Assembly: GCA_036170555.1 (NCBI GenBank)
Contig: JAVHPL010000005.1
Coordinates: 529-64,528, forward strand
Length of the DNA: 64,000 bases
Direction: 5' to 3'
Origin: Sediminibacterium sp.
Lineage (GTDB): Bacteria > Bacteroidota > Bacteroidia > Chitinophagales > Chitinophagaceae
This document shows positions 51,588-61,621 of this stretch, one piece after another. The notes under the pieces were generated by a model. The model saw nothing but the letters and a program-made list of their open reading frames with translations. It was not told where the DNA came from and searched no databases. Both the position numbers and the translations under genes were made by a program. How positions within the stretch are numbered: the stretch's first letter is position 1; each line of letters starts with the position of its first letter.

Positions 51588-52228
51588 TGGGCGTTGGCTA
51601 AGGAAGATTTTAATTGAAGTAGAAAATTTTTAAACCCAGTAAGGGATTGAACTAATTGTGTTTCTACAGAAATTTTTTGTTTATTATTTTTCAAATAGCT
51701 TTTAGCACCTTCAATAGAAAATTTACGTTGCCTTAGTAGAAAGTAAATAAGTTGTAAGTTTTTAATGTCTTCCACTCTAAACAACCGATCACCTTTTCTG
51801 GTTTTTCTAGGTTGCAAAATATCAAATTCATTTTCCCAGTAACGCAGTAAAGAGGTATTCACATTAAACCATCCAGCTACTTCACTAATTGAATAATATA
51901 ATTTTTGTTGAAGTATTTCGTCGTTGGGGATATCAATCAGATCGGCTACTGCATCTATTTCCTTAAAAGATTTTCTACCTCTCTTACCCAATTGTTTAGG
52001 TAATGCTTTGGATGTAGTATTTGCAGCAACTGTTTTTGGTTTAATCTTAACTACAATTTGTTCACTGGAATACACTATAGGATCTTCGGAAGAAGCCGGT
52101 GCTGCTAATGGGGAATTGTTAATTGGCAAATCTGCTTTTGCCAATACTGGCTGCTTCTTTTTTTTATGAGAAGCAACTGTGTTGATGGGCATGCCAAAAA
52201 GGTCTAACTGTTGCAGTGGTGTTGCCAT
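51584..52228 (-). CDS. MerR-family HTH protein with a long low-complexity N-terminal extension
   Basis: YYSISEVAGWFNVNTSLLRYWENEF...RKGDRLFRVEDI; the extension carries QLDLF and KRGRKS. Confidence 0.88.
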   Translation of the reverse strand: MATPLQQLDLFGMPINTVASHKKKKQPVLAKADLPINNSPLAAPASSEDPIVYSSEQIVVKIKPKTVAANTTSKALPKQLGKRGRKSFKEIDAVADLIDIPNDEILQQKLYYSISEVAGWFNVNTSLLRYWENEFDILQPRKTRKGDRLFRVEDIKNLQLIYFLLRQRKFSIEGAKSYLKNNKQKISVETQLVQSLTGFKNFLLQLKSSLANAH

Positions 52229-52317
52229 TTTATAAAATTAGCACCAATTTTTTCTTTTAACACCCTTAAAATGGTGCAGGTGGATAAGATGTAAGTATCT
52301 TGCCCTTTTAAGTAAAT

Positions 52318-53169
52318 ATGAACGCTATTCAAGTTATTGTAGTTTGTGGAGCTGGTACCATGGGAAGTGGTATTGCCTTGGTGGCTGCACAAGCAGGTTT
52401 TACCACTATACAATTCGATTTAAATGAAGCTGCATTAGTAAAAAGCAAGCAGGGTATATATGCACAATTAACCAAATTAGTGCAAAAAGAAAAGCTAAGC
52501 CAAGCAGAAATGAATGCTATTTTGGCCAGGATTCAATTTACCCACCAAATTAATGATTGTAAAGGGCAGCTCATAATTGAAGCTATTTTAGAAGATGTAT
52601 CTATGAAGCAGCAATTATTTAAGCAGTTGGCCAATATCAATGGGCCCCATACTATTTATGCCTCCAATACTTCTTCCATTTCAATTGATGCCATTGCTGA
52701 ATCATTCAATTATGCAGAAAATTGTATCGGCATGCATTTTTTTAATCCTGCTCCAATTATGAAACTCGTAGAAATTATTAAAGGAGCTAAAACATTGCCG
52801 GCAACGGTACAAAAAATAGTTCTCCTCACCAAGCAATTAGGTAAAGTGCCTGTTGTTTGTAAAGATGCACCCGGATTTATTGTGAACAGAGTAGCAAGAC
52901 ATTTTTATTTAGAAAGTATGGAAATGGTAAGCCAAGGTCTTATTACCATTGAACAGGCGGATGCATTACTGGAAGCAGCCGGATTTAAAATGGGACCATT
53001 TAAACTGATGGATTTAATTGGGCTGGATATTAATTATAGTGTAAGTAACATTGTATGGGAGTCTTTAGGAAAACCTGCAAGGCTGCAACCATCTACCTTA
53101 CAAAAAGAAAAAGTGAATAAGGGTAATTTAGGTAAAAAAACAGGGAAGGGTTTTTATACTTATAACTGA
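52318..53169 (+). CDS. 3-hydroxyacyl-CoA (3-hydroxybutyryl-CoA) dehydrogenase
   Basis: GAGTMGSGIA, IIEAILE, ASNTSS, GMHFFNPAP, PGFIVNR, MGPF.LMDLIGLD. Confidence 0.92.
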   Translation: MNAIQVIVVCGAGTMGSGIALVAAQAGFTTIQFDLNEAALVKSKQGIYAQLTKLVQKEKLSQAEMNAILARIQFTHQINDCKGQLIIEAILEDVSMKQQLFKQLANINGPHTIYASNTSSISIDAIAESFNYAENCIGMHFFNPAPIMKLVEIIKGAKTLPATVQKIVLLTKQLGKVPVVCKDAPGFIVNRVARHFYLESMEMVSQGLITIEQADALLEAAGFKMGPFKLMDLIGLDINYSVSNIVWESLGKPARLQPSTLQKEKVNKGNLGKKTGKGFYTYN

Positions 53170-54566
53170 ATAGTCACTTCATTGTCCCAATTTGCTTTTA
53201 CATTAAGTGTTTGTGGAATAAGTTGAACAATTTCTGGTTGTTTTTTTTGTTTCCAAAAATTACCTGTATCCCATACACCATTTTGATTGGTATCGTATAA
53301 AATGCGCAATTCATAAGCACCAGGTGCAAAAAGTTTTCTAGTAAATTCAAAACTAGTGAGTGGTACAGATTCTATTAATTTATCGGATAAAATAAATTGC
53401 AATACAGGATGTTTTGCTAATTGAATATTAGTAAACCTAATTTTAATACTACCATAGTCTGATTCTCTTTTAGTATTGAATTTTAAAGTGTCTGATTTAA
53501 TTAGCGTAATACCACCAGTATCTGATAATGCATTTTTAGGAATCACTAATCTATAGTAATTCATTTCTTTCCAAGGGTGCTGAATAATTAATTTAGTTTT
53601 AGCAGTATCTAAATGAAAAGTAAAACCTGTTAATTTAGTGAAATTGGTATCGCACAATGTAATTGGCATACTATCGGCCAATTTTATTTTTCTATTAAAA
53701 GATAATTGCAGAGTGGTTAAAATATCTTGTTGGCCATTTTCTAAATTAGTTTGGTATTTTAAACGTTTATCTACTTTGCCAATTTTATCTACTACCTCTG
53801 TTGGTTTTACTGGCTTCTCTTTTATTTTAAATTCTTGATAAGCATATAAAGTGTCTAAGGGTGTATTTGCAGAAACAGTAAGAATAGCCGATTTAAATGC
53901 AAATACTTTTACGCTGTCATCGTATTTTTTAGTAAAGTCGTTTGGAAGTACAAATGCCCGATATTTTCCGGGGGATAGATTTTTAAATAAAAATTCTCCT
54001 TTACCATTTATTCTAGTGTAATAGCGAGGTCTTTCTTTTGAGATTGCTGAATCTGCCAAGTTTTTATGGAGTATTACAAGTAAAGTTGAATCTATTTTTC
54101 CTGTTTCAGCTAATAAAACTTTTCCTTTATAACGAAGGCTGTCGATAGTTTTACCCGTAGAAAAAACATAAGTAAAATTTTTTAAAATATTCGACTCATT
54201 GATATCCTTAATAGCATTTCCAAAATTGAGCGAATAAGTAGTATTGGCGTCTAATGAGTCTTTAATTTTAATAGTAACTGTTCTTAACTTATAATCTACT
54301 AATGGATTGCTTTTGATGGTAGGTGAAACAATTAAATTGTCATTTATATTTTGAACATTAATATATTCATCAAATTGGAGGGTAATTAATTTAGGTGAAA
54401 TATTAATTGCAGAATCTTTTGGAGTAGATATCAATAAACGGGGAGGAAGGCTATCTCTTGCTCCTCCATCTGGCGGAATAATATTAGCGCAAGCGCCCAA
54501 TAAACTCACTAGCCAAATCATCAGCAAACCGCCAATCATTTTTTTTATATTCATACTATGTACCAT
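53160..54566 (-). CDS. Bacterial Ig-like (Big_5) domain lipoprotein
   Basis: Lipobox LLGAC, PPDGGARDSLPP, FDEYI, TTYSLNFGNAIKD, D.NQNGVWDTG; TAACTTTG box at 54575-54582. Confidence 0.8.
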   Translation of the reverse strand: MVHSMNIKKMIGGLLMIWLVSLLGACANIIPPDGGARDSLPPRLLISTPKDSAINISPKLITLQFDEYINVQNINDNLIVSPTIKSNPLVDYKLRTVTIKIKDSLDANTTYSLNFGNAIKDINESNILKNFTYVFSTGKTIDSLRYKGKVLLAETGKIDSTLLVILHKNLADSAISKERPRYYTRINGKGEFLFKNLSPGKYRAFVLPNDFTKKYDDSVKVFAFKSAILTVSANTPLDTLYAYQEFKIKEKPVKPTEVVDKIGKVDKRLKYQTNLENGQQDILTTLQLSFNRKIKLADSMPITLCDTNFTKLTGFTFHLDTAKTKLIIQHPWKEMNYYRLVIPKNALSDTGGITLIKSDTLKFNTKRESDYGSIKIRFTNIQLAKHPVLQFILSDKLIESVPLTSFEFTRKLFAPGAYELRILYDTNQNGVWDTGNFWKQKKQPEIVQLIPQTLNVKANWDNEVTIQL

Positions 54567-54673
54567 AATTAGCGCAAAGTTATAGTTTCAGTTTCACTCG
54601 TATTATAAAATTCAGGAATACACTATAAACTATCTAGTACATTCGTACTATAATTTAAACAAGCTTATTGTTA

Positions 54674-57600
54674 TCAATCTTCATCTGTTTCATTTTGTTC
54701 ATGTAGGGCAATTGCCAATTGATTTGTTTTTACAAACTCACACCAATGACAATCTGGTTTGCCGCAGCCTGTATAAAATTCTTTATTTTGAATCTTTTCC
54801 CAAACGGTAGTAATTTGTTGAGTAACCGTAGCAATATCAGCAGGTGAAATCACCAGTTTTTCTTTTCTATATGCTTTCTTTTTATCGGGTTCAATAAAGT
54901 CGAATTCACTACTTACCACTTGCCAATTTTTTTGATTATAATTATCTACCAGTATTTTATAAAATACGGCCTGCCTCCAATAATCTCCACCATGAGGATT
55001 TTTATCGTTGGGAGGCAGTAATTTATTTTTAGCTTTTTCAATATCTCCCGTTTTATAATCTACCACATTTACTTCTTTTCCATTGAATTCTATTTTATCT
55101 AACTTACCTTTAATAGGAACTCCATGAACTACTACATTCTTAATGGTACGTTCAATTACCACAATTTTATTCCAAGTATCTAGATAGGCATTATAATAAT
55201 TAGTAAGCACTTCTTGTCCATATTCCATTCTTCTAGCAAACTGTTCCTTGGTAAAATTTTCTCTATGCCTGCGCATATAATAGTCAAAGTCTCCAATGAA
55301 AGTTTCAATAGGCGGAAACTGTTCTTTTTCCTGCATCTGCTGAAATAAGCGTTGTAAGGCATGGTGTACAGCCGAACCAAACTCGGTAGATTCCGATTTT
55401 CCAGAAGGCACACGCACCAGATTATTAAAATAAAATTGGAGTGGACATTTTAAATAATTATTTAAAGCAGTAACATTCATTACAAACTTTTCTAATAGTT
55501 TGTTAATGAATTCAGTTTCAATTTGATCAATTTCAGGCATTAGGGTATCTTCAAAAGCCAACGCACTAAAGGCACTAATATGATCTGCCGAAACAGTAAC
55601 CCGCTGAATAGGTAAATGTTGTATTTCTTGAATTTCGGCAATAAACATAGAGGGCTCTAATGGCTTTCCATCCGATTTGAATTGGCTATATGAAATAGTT
55701 AACTGTTTTTCGGCTCTGGTAACTGCCACATAAAAAAGTCTTCTTAATTCTTCTTCCTCACTTAATTTTGGTTGCGAGCTAAACATGGTATCGGGTAGCG
55801 TATAACCTCCACCAGGTTTTCTTTTCTTTTCCCAATAGCTTGCATTACTACCTGCAATAAATACATATTCAAACTCTAATCCTTTTGATCCATGAGCCGT
55901 TAATAAATTAACTCCTTTATCACTTCCACTAACCTGTACTAAGGGTAAACTCAATCCTTCTTTTTCCATTAATTCAATTACAGAAACCAATTCTTGTAAT
56001 TTCAATGTTGGATTTCTTCTGGTTTCATCTTTTACAAAATCAAATAAACCAGTAAGAACTTGCAAGTGCCAATGTTTTTCTGGGTCTTGCATAATAAATT
56101 GTAAAACCCCAGCACGGCGAATGATATTTTCAAATAAGCCTTGTAATGTACTATTTGGAGCATCTCCAATTAAATTTTCAATAGCATCGCTTACATTTTT
56201 TATTCCATTAATGGGTACGCTGAATAAATCTTTTGCTGGTTTATTGGCTAATTCGTAAATATATTTTCGTAAACTGGTTTTTTCATTTCCAAAACGTTTA
56301 TCAGCTACACTAGAACTTATTTTTGCAATTTCTATTGGAGCAATATTAAACCAGTTGAAATGCATAATTTCAAATAACATTTCATCTCCTCCATAGGGTA
56401 TATCATGTTCAGCCGCAATATATTTTAATAGTAGAATTATTTTTTTAGCAAGAGGAATATGTAAAATATTTAAATTACGTTTACTGTAAACAGGAATTTG
56501 TTGCTGTTTAAAATAAGTGCTCAAAACTTCGCCATACTTATTTTCTTTATAAATGATGGCAATTTTTCCTGGTGCAATTCCTTTATTTATTAATTCACTT
56601 ACTTGTAAAGTAAGATCAATCATTTCTTGTTGTTGCGTTTCATATTCACGCAGTATAGGTTTTTCGTTAACACCATTGAATTTTGTATTAGCGGCCAATA
56701 ATGTTTTGCTTAGTCCATCAATTTTTTTTACTAATCTTTCTTCATTCTTATCAATCAAGGTTTTTGCAGTATCTAATATGGGCTGAGTAGATCGGTAATT
56801 ATTGGTTAATACAATTGTATGAAGGCTTTGGAGGTACTTACTGGCAAATTTTTCCATATTTTCAATATTGGCACCCTGAAAACGGTAAATACTTTGGTCA
56901 TCATCGCCAACAACAAAAATATTGGGATCTTCCCAGTAATTTATAAGCAAATCTACTAGGTTATTTTGTGTTCCACTGGTATCTTGGTATTCATCTACTA
57001 AAATATATTGATACTGTTCCTGGTATTTAGCAAGCAGTAATTTATTTTCTTTAAACGCAATCAATACCCAATTAATCATATCATCAAAATCATAACGGCC
57101 TCTTTTTTGCATCAATTGCTGAAAATGGTCAAACTCATTCACAGCAGCTTGTAGTTTTTCCATTTTCTCAAGCTCCTCGTTTATCTTGTTTTGTTTAAGA
57201 TCTCCTGCCTTAAACTGCTTATATGCTCGTTTATATATAAATTCTTCTCTGGTAGTAATCTCAAGCAAATATTGAGCTATACATTCTTGAATATAGGCTG
57301 GTGTCCAGCCTTCGCGCTTCATATTACTGAAGAGCTGTTTTAAATTATTTATTTCAAAATACACATCACCTCTATATCTTTTTAAAGGATGATTTTTAGG
57401 AAATTGATCAATCAATTGTTTAAACAATTCAATACTTTCTAATTCGGAAATGGGATCTAAAGCCGTTTTCTCAAATAACGATAAATTATCTTGAATAATA
57501 TCATTGCAAAATGCGTGAAACGTATATACGTTTACTTTGTATGCATCTGGACCTATAAAATGAAGTAATCGTTTGCGCATGGCAATCACTCCTGCGTCTG

Positions 57601-57811
57601 TATAAGTAAGACAAAGAATATTTTCTGCCTTTGTATCGGGTTCTAATAAAATTTTACCAATTCTTGCACTAAGTATTTGGGTTTTACCAGTACCTGGCCC
57701 GGCAATTACCATTACAGGTCCTTCAATGGTATCTACCGCTTTTTTTTGTTCAGCATTTAGCGATTGGTAAATTCGGTTATAATGATCTAATTGTTGATCT
57801 TTATTGCTCAT
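54674..57811 (-). CDS. UvrD/REP-family SF1 helicase fused to a C-terminal PD-(D/E)XK nuclease
   Basis: AGPGTGKT, VDEYQD, GDDDQSIYRFQGA, NYRST, TAHGSKGLEF, YVAVTRA; GKLDKI...VDYKTG. Confidence 0.92.
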   Translation of the reverse strand: MSNKDQQLDHYNRIYQSLNAEQKKAVDTIEGPVMVIAGPGTGKTQILSARIGKILLEPDTKAENILCLTYTDAGVIAMRKRLLHFIGPDAYKVNVYTFHAFCNDIIQDNLSLFEKTALDPISELESIELFKQLIDQFPKNHPLKRYRGDVYFEINNLKQLFSNMKREGWTPAYIQECIAQYLLEITTREEFIYKRAYKQFKAGDLKQNKINEELEKMEKLQAAVNEFDHFQQLMQKRGRYDFDDMINWVLIAFKENKLLLAKYQEQYQYILVDEYQDTSGTQNNLVDLLINYWEDPNIFVVGDDDQSIYRFQGANIENMEKFASKYLQSLHTIVLTNNYRSTQPILDTAKTLIDKNEERLVKKIDGLSKTLLAANTKFNGVNEKPILREYETQQQEMIDLTLQVSELINKGIAPGKIAIIYKENKYGEVLSTYFKQQQIPVYSKRNLNILHIPLAKKIILLLKYIAAEHDIPYGGDEMLFEIMHFNWFNIAPIEIAKISSSVADKRFGNEKTSLRKYIYELANKPAKDLFSVPINGIKNVSDAIENLIGDAPNSTLQGLFENIIRRAGVLQFIMQDPEKHWHLQVLTGLFDFVKDETRRNPTLKLQELVSVIELMEKEGLSLPLVQVSGSDKGVNLLTAHGSKGLEFEYVFIAGSNASYWEKKRKPGGGYTLPDTMFSSQPKLSEEEELRRLFYVAVTRAEKQLTISYSQFKSDGKPLEPSMFIAEIQEIQHLPIQRVTVSADHISAFSALAFEDTLMPEIDQIETEFINKLLEKFVMNVTALNNYLKCPLQFYFNNLVRVPSGKSESTEFGSAVHHALQRLFQQMQEKEQFPPIETFIGDFDYYMRRHRENFTKEQFARRMEYGQEVLTNYYNAYLDTWNKIVVIERTIKNVVVHGVPIKGKLDKIEFNGKEVNVVDYKTGDIEKAKNKLLPPNDKNPHGGDYWRQAVFYKILVDNYNQKNWQVVSSEFDFIEPDKKKAYRKEKLVISPADIATVTQQITTVWEKIQNKEFYTGCGKPDCHWCEFVKTNQLAIALHEQNETDED

Positions 57812-57871
57812 TTAATAAAGATAGCATGAACCTTATTAAAGAAAAACTGTTAAAGAGTTAATACTTTATTT

Positions 57872-58369
57872 ATGTCTAGCGTATATAGCATTAAAACCGT
57901 ACAAAAAATACCCATTTCATTAGAAACAGCTTGGGATTTCTTTAGTAAACCTGATAATTTAAAGGAAATAACCCCTAAAAATTTAGGATTCAATATAGTA
58001 AGTAAGCACCATGGTACTAAAATGTATGCTGGGCAAATTATAGAGTATACTGTTCGCCCAATTTTGGGAATTCCACTGTATTGGATGACAGAAATTACCC
58101 ATGTGGCAGACCATCAATATTTTGTAGATGAGCAACGTTTTGGGCCATACAGTATGTGGCACCACCAACATCATTTCAAATCCATTGAAGGTGGGGTAGA
58201 AATGACTGATATAGTACATTACAAATTACCGCTTTGGTTTTTGGGAGATATAGCCAATACCATCATGGTAAAGGCCCAATTACGGGGAATTTTCAATCAC
58301 CGATACAAGGCGGTTGATGAGCGTTTTGGTAGTTTTAAAGATGCACAAAATGAGGTAGTGTTTGGCTAG
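57872..58369 (+). CDS. SRPBCC (START-like) family protein
   Basis: AWDFFSKPDNLKEITP, FVDEQRFGPYSMWHHQHHF, IFNHR. Confidence 0.85.
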   Translation: MSSVYSIKTVQKIPISLETAWDFFSKPDNLKEITPKNLGFNIVSKHHGTKMYAGQIIEYTVRPILGIPLYWMTEITHVADHQYFVDEQRFGPYSMWHHQHHFKSIEGGVEMTDIVHYKLPLWFLGDIANTIMVKAQLRGIFNHRYKAVDERFGSFKDAQNEVVFG

Positions 58370-58372
58370 TAA

Positions 58373-59857
58373 CTACTTTATTTCCATCAAGGCGCTTACA
58401 TTATTATTTATATCAATAGTAGCCACGCAAATTCTTTTACCAGTGGCATCGGGAACTTTAGATAAATCTACTAAAGCGGATTTACTAGTTAATATCAATT
58501 GCACCAGTTGCCCATTGATAAATTTAACTTCCATATTCTTATCTAAGGTAAATAAACCAAACCCTTTAATTTTTAATGAGCCACCATAGCTGAGTTCAAT
58601 TTCATTGCCAGTTCTTTTTCCCAAAACAGGTTGCTCTGGTGTATCATTATTAATCCAGGGCATTGGTGGAACCAATGCTGGGTAATAATAATAATGATTC
58701 CGTAAGCTATCATTCCAACCGTTTGGATTTTTCTCAAATACTTTACTATTAAAATAAATACTGCCTTGGGTAGTTTTATATTTTCTTAACTCCTGAATTT
58801 GTGCAGGTAATTCGTTTTTATTTCTCCATGCCTGGTTGGTTCCAGCTCTATAAATACCTTGGCCAATATAAATATGTTTACCATATCCATGCTCGTTCCA
58901 CCATTTTAACAATACATCATAATCAGCTAGTTTGTGCCCACGCTCCCAATACAATTGGGGAGTAACATAATCTATCCAACCTTTATGTAACCACAATAAA
59001 ATATCGGCATATAAATCATCGTAATTGGTTTGTCCTGCTTTTGTATCGCTGCCCATGGGGTCTTGGCTTTTATTTCTCCAAACTCCAAAAGGGCTAATAC
59101 CAAATTTTACCCTAGGGTTGGTACTTCTAATAGTGCGGTATAATTGCACAATAATACTATCGCAATTACTTCTTCTCCAATCTTCTTTATTTAATTTACC
59201 ACCGTATTGTTCAAATGTTTTTTGATCGGGAAATTCCTTGCCTGTAATTCTATAAGGATAAAAATAATCATCCATGTGAATAGCATCTACATCGTACCGT
59301 TCCAGCATATCTTTTACAATACGAACCGTATGTTGCCTTACAGAAGGTAATCCCGGATTAAAATATTTTTTATCTCCATACACTACAAACCATTCAGGAT
59401 GAATTTTAGTAAGGTGTGAAGGAGAAATAGACGATTTAGCAATATTAAAAACTGCTCTATACGGATTAAGCCAAGCGTGAAATTCCATACCTCGTTTATG
59501 GGTTTCACTAATCATGAATTCCAGTGGATCATAGTATGGATTAGGAGGTAAACCTTGCTTGCCAGTTAAGTATTCGCTCCAAGGCTCGTATTGTGAAGGA
59601 TAAAGTGCATCTCCAGCCGGTCTTATTTGCATTACAATTGCATTCATGCCATTGGCCTGATGCATGTCTAAGAGCTTAATAAACTCTTCTTTTTGTTGTG
59701 CAACTGTTAGATTTTTTTTACTAGGCCAATCTATATTTTCTACACTGGCTACCCAAACTCCTCTAAATTCATAATTAGAACTATACTGGGCAGTAGATAT
59801 AAATGCACTACCCACTACAAATAATAGGGTAAAGATTATTCTCCAATTTTTCATCAT
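58373..59857 (-). CDS. GHL10 (DUF187, YddW/DigH-like) glycoside hydrolase
   Basis: EFRGVWVASVENIDWP, YDPLEF, HAWLNPYR, DAIHMDDYFYP, GISPFG, PQLYW; signal peptide. Confidence 0.88.
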   Translation of the reverse strand: MMKNWRIIFTLLFVVGSAFISTAQYSSNYEFRGVWVASVENIDWPSKKNLTVAQQKEEFIKLLDMHQANGMNAIVMQIRPAGDALYPSQYEPWSEYLTGKQGLPPNPYYDPLEFMISETHKRGMEFHAWLNPYRAVFNIAKSSISPSHLTKIHPEWFVVYGDKKYFNPGLPSVRQHTVRIVKDMLERYDVDAIHMDDYFYPYRITGKEFPDQKTFEQYGGKLNKEDWRRSNCDSIIVQLYRTIRSTNPRVKFGISPFGVWRNKSQDPMGSDTKAGQTNYDDLYADILLWLHKGWIDYVTPQLYWERGHKLADYDVLLKWWNEHGYGKHIYIGQGIYRAGTNQAWRNKNELPAQIQELRKYKTTQGSIYFNSKVFEKNPNGWNDSLRNHYYYYPALVPPMPWINNDTPEQPVLGKRTGNEIELSYGGSLKIKGFGLFTLDKNMEVKFINGQLVQLILTSKSALVDLSKVPDATGKRICVATIDINNNVSALMEIK

Positions 59858-59876
59858 AAAAAATTATTTAGATTGA

Positions 59877-60329
59877 TTATACCTTTTCGCGCATTTTATC
59901 TAATAGATCATTCAGCAACACTATTTCCTCCTCATTTAAATTTTTAAGAATGGAATCAATTTGCCCATTTTTTTTATCTAATCGTTCTAAGGTTGCCAAT
60001 CCTTTGCTAGTAATGTTTACATCTACCAATCTTTTATCGGTTATTGCAATTTTTTTCTCTACCAAACCTTTTAAAATTAATCTATCTACCATTCTGCTAA
60101 CATCACTCATTTTATCGAGCATTCTCTCTCTAATTTGCAATGTGCTCAAAGGTTTCATGCTGCCTCTTAATATTCTTAAGATATTGTATTGTTGCGGCGT
60201 AATACTTTCTTCATCTAGTAGTACTTTAATTTGTTCTGTTAACCAACTAGCAGAAAAAATAATATTTACAGTAGCTTTTTGATAGCCATTTCTAAATACT
60301 TGTTGCTGAATATCTTTTTCTATACTCAT
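59877..60329 (-). CDS. MarR-family transcriptional regulator; probable start ATG 60329
   Basis: ITPQQYNILRIL, SRMVDRL..KGLV, DKRLVDVNIT. Confidence 0.9.
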   Translation of the reverse strand: MSIEKDIQQQVFRNGYQKATVNIIFSASWLTEQIKVLLDEESITPQQYNILRILRGSMKPLSTLQIRERMLDKMSDVSRMVDRLILKGLVEKKIAITDKRLVDVNITSKGLATLERLDKKNGQIDSILKNLNEEEIVLLNDLLDKMREKV

Positions 60330-60330
60330 A

Positions 60331-61362
60331 TTAATCCTCCCAAACACTTAACCCTTCACTACAGTTAGAACAGATATCTATGTTTTTTCTGCTGCTCATT
60401 AATTCTTTTCTAAACTGCTGATAATTGCTATTATTCCAGGTTTCTTTAAACGTTTGTGATTTTAAATTTCCCAACTGATGCATGGCATCTTTATCAAAGC
60501 AGCAAGGTACAACCAAACCATCCCAAGTAATTACATTGGCATGCCATAATTTCCAGCAATGATTTTTTAATCCACTTTTCACCGTCATTTTTCCTGCGGC
60601 ATTTTTTTTATAACGGCTGTATTTGTTATTGGTAGGAATTAATTGATTGGGATCATTTTCATAATCATATACTTGCGCGGTTTTAAATCGAACTTGATCT
60701 ACCCCTATTTCTTTACCCAATTTTTTAATAGCTTCTATTTGATGTTCATTGGGCTTTACTACTAAAAATTGAAAAAACACAAAGGGTGTTTTGCTGTTTA
60801 ATTCTTTTTTCCATTTAACTATATTTCGAGCGCCTTCTAGTACTTTTTCTAGTTTTCCACCAACCCTGTATTGTTCATATACATCCTGAGAAGTACCATC
60901 AATAGAAATAATCAATCGGTCTAACCCACTTTCTACCGTTTTTTTAGCTTTTTCATCGGTTAAATAATGCGCATTGGTAGAAGTAGCCGTATAAATTCCT
61001 TTTTGATGGGCATAAGCTACCATCTCTAAAAAATGGGGATTTAAGTATGGTTCCCCTTGAAAATAAAAGATCAAGTACAGTAAATCTTTATATATATCAT
61101 CAATGGTTTGCTTAAAGAAAGAGGGCTCCAGCATACCCGTAGAACGGGTGAAAGCCCTAAGCCCGCTAGGACATTCAGGGCAACGAAGGTTGCAAGAAGT
61201 GGTAGGCTCAAATGAGATAGAGATCGGGTACCCCCATTGAATAGGCTTTTTGAGCAATTTAGATAATTGATAACTACTATATACTTTACCCGCGTTTACC
61301 AAACGGCGAACAGTAAATTTAGAAAACAGGTTAATGCTATCATTCCAATTAAAATAGGCCAT
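60331..61362 (-). CDS. Radical SAM protein with SPASM/twitch domain
   Basis: CNLRCPEC (CxxxCxxC), QGEPYL, STNA, SIDG; C-terminal CWKLW...VVPCC...CSNC. Confidence 0.9.
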   Translation of the reverse strand: MAYFNWNDSINLFSKFTVRRLVNAGKVYSSYQLSKLLKKPIQWGYPISISFEPTTSCNLRCPECPSGLRAFTRSTGMLEPSFFKQTIDDIYKDLLYLIFYFQGEPYLNPHFLEMVAYAHQKGIYTATSTNAHYLTDEKAKKTVESGLDRLIISIDGTSQDVYEQYRVGGKLEKVLEGARNIVKWKKELNSKTPFVFFQFLVVKPNEHQIEAIKKLGKEIGVDQVRFKTAQVYDYENDPNQLIPTNNKYSRYKKNAAGKMTVKSGLKNHCWKLWHANVITWDGLVVPCCFDKDAMHQLGNLKSQTFKETWNNSNYQQFRKELMSSRKNIDICSNCSEGLSVWED

Positions 61363-61585
61363 AATATGAGATCAAAAATACGATTTATCACTAATGTAAT
61401 TCTTTAACAATTTCTTATTAAACATATAGTAGGAATTTGAATCTATTTTATAGAACTTTATAGAAGTGCTTAAATGGATAGAAGCATAAAAAGCTTTAAC
61501 AAAGCAGATAAGGTTTTTGGCACGTAAATTGAATTAGTACTATAAATAGATTTATTTAAATTTTCTCATAAGCAGTTAGTTTTGG

Positions 61586-61621
61586 TTGCGGTCCCGATTT
61601 CTATCGGGACCAACTTTTTTT
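61586..61621 (+). terminator. GC-rich hairpin (GGTCCCGAT-TTCT-ATCGGGACC) with a T7 run on the plus strand, abutting the vanZ stop
   Basis: Perfect 9-bp stem 61590-61611; A-tract precedes it on the minus strand, T-tract follows on the plus strand. Confidence 0.65.
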
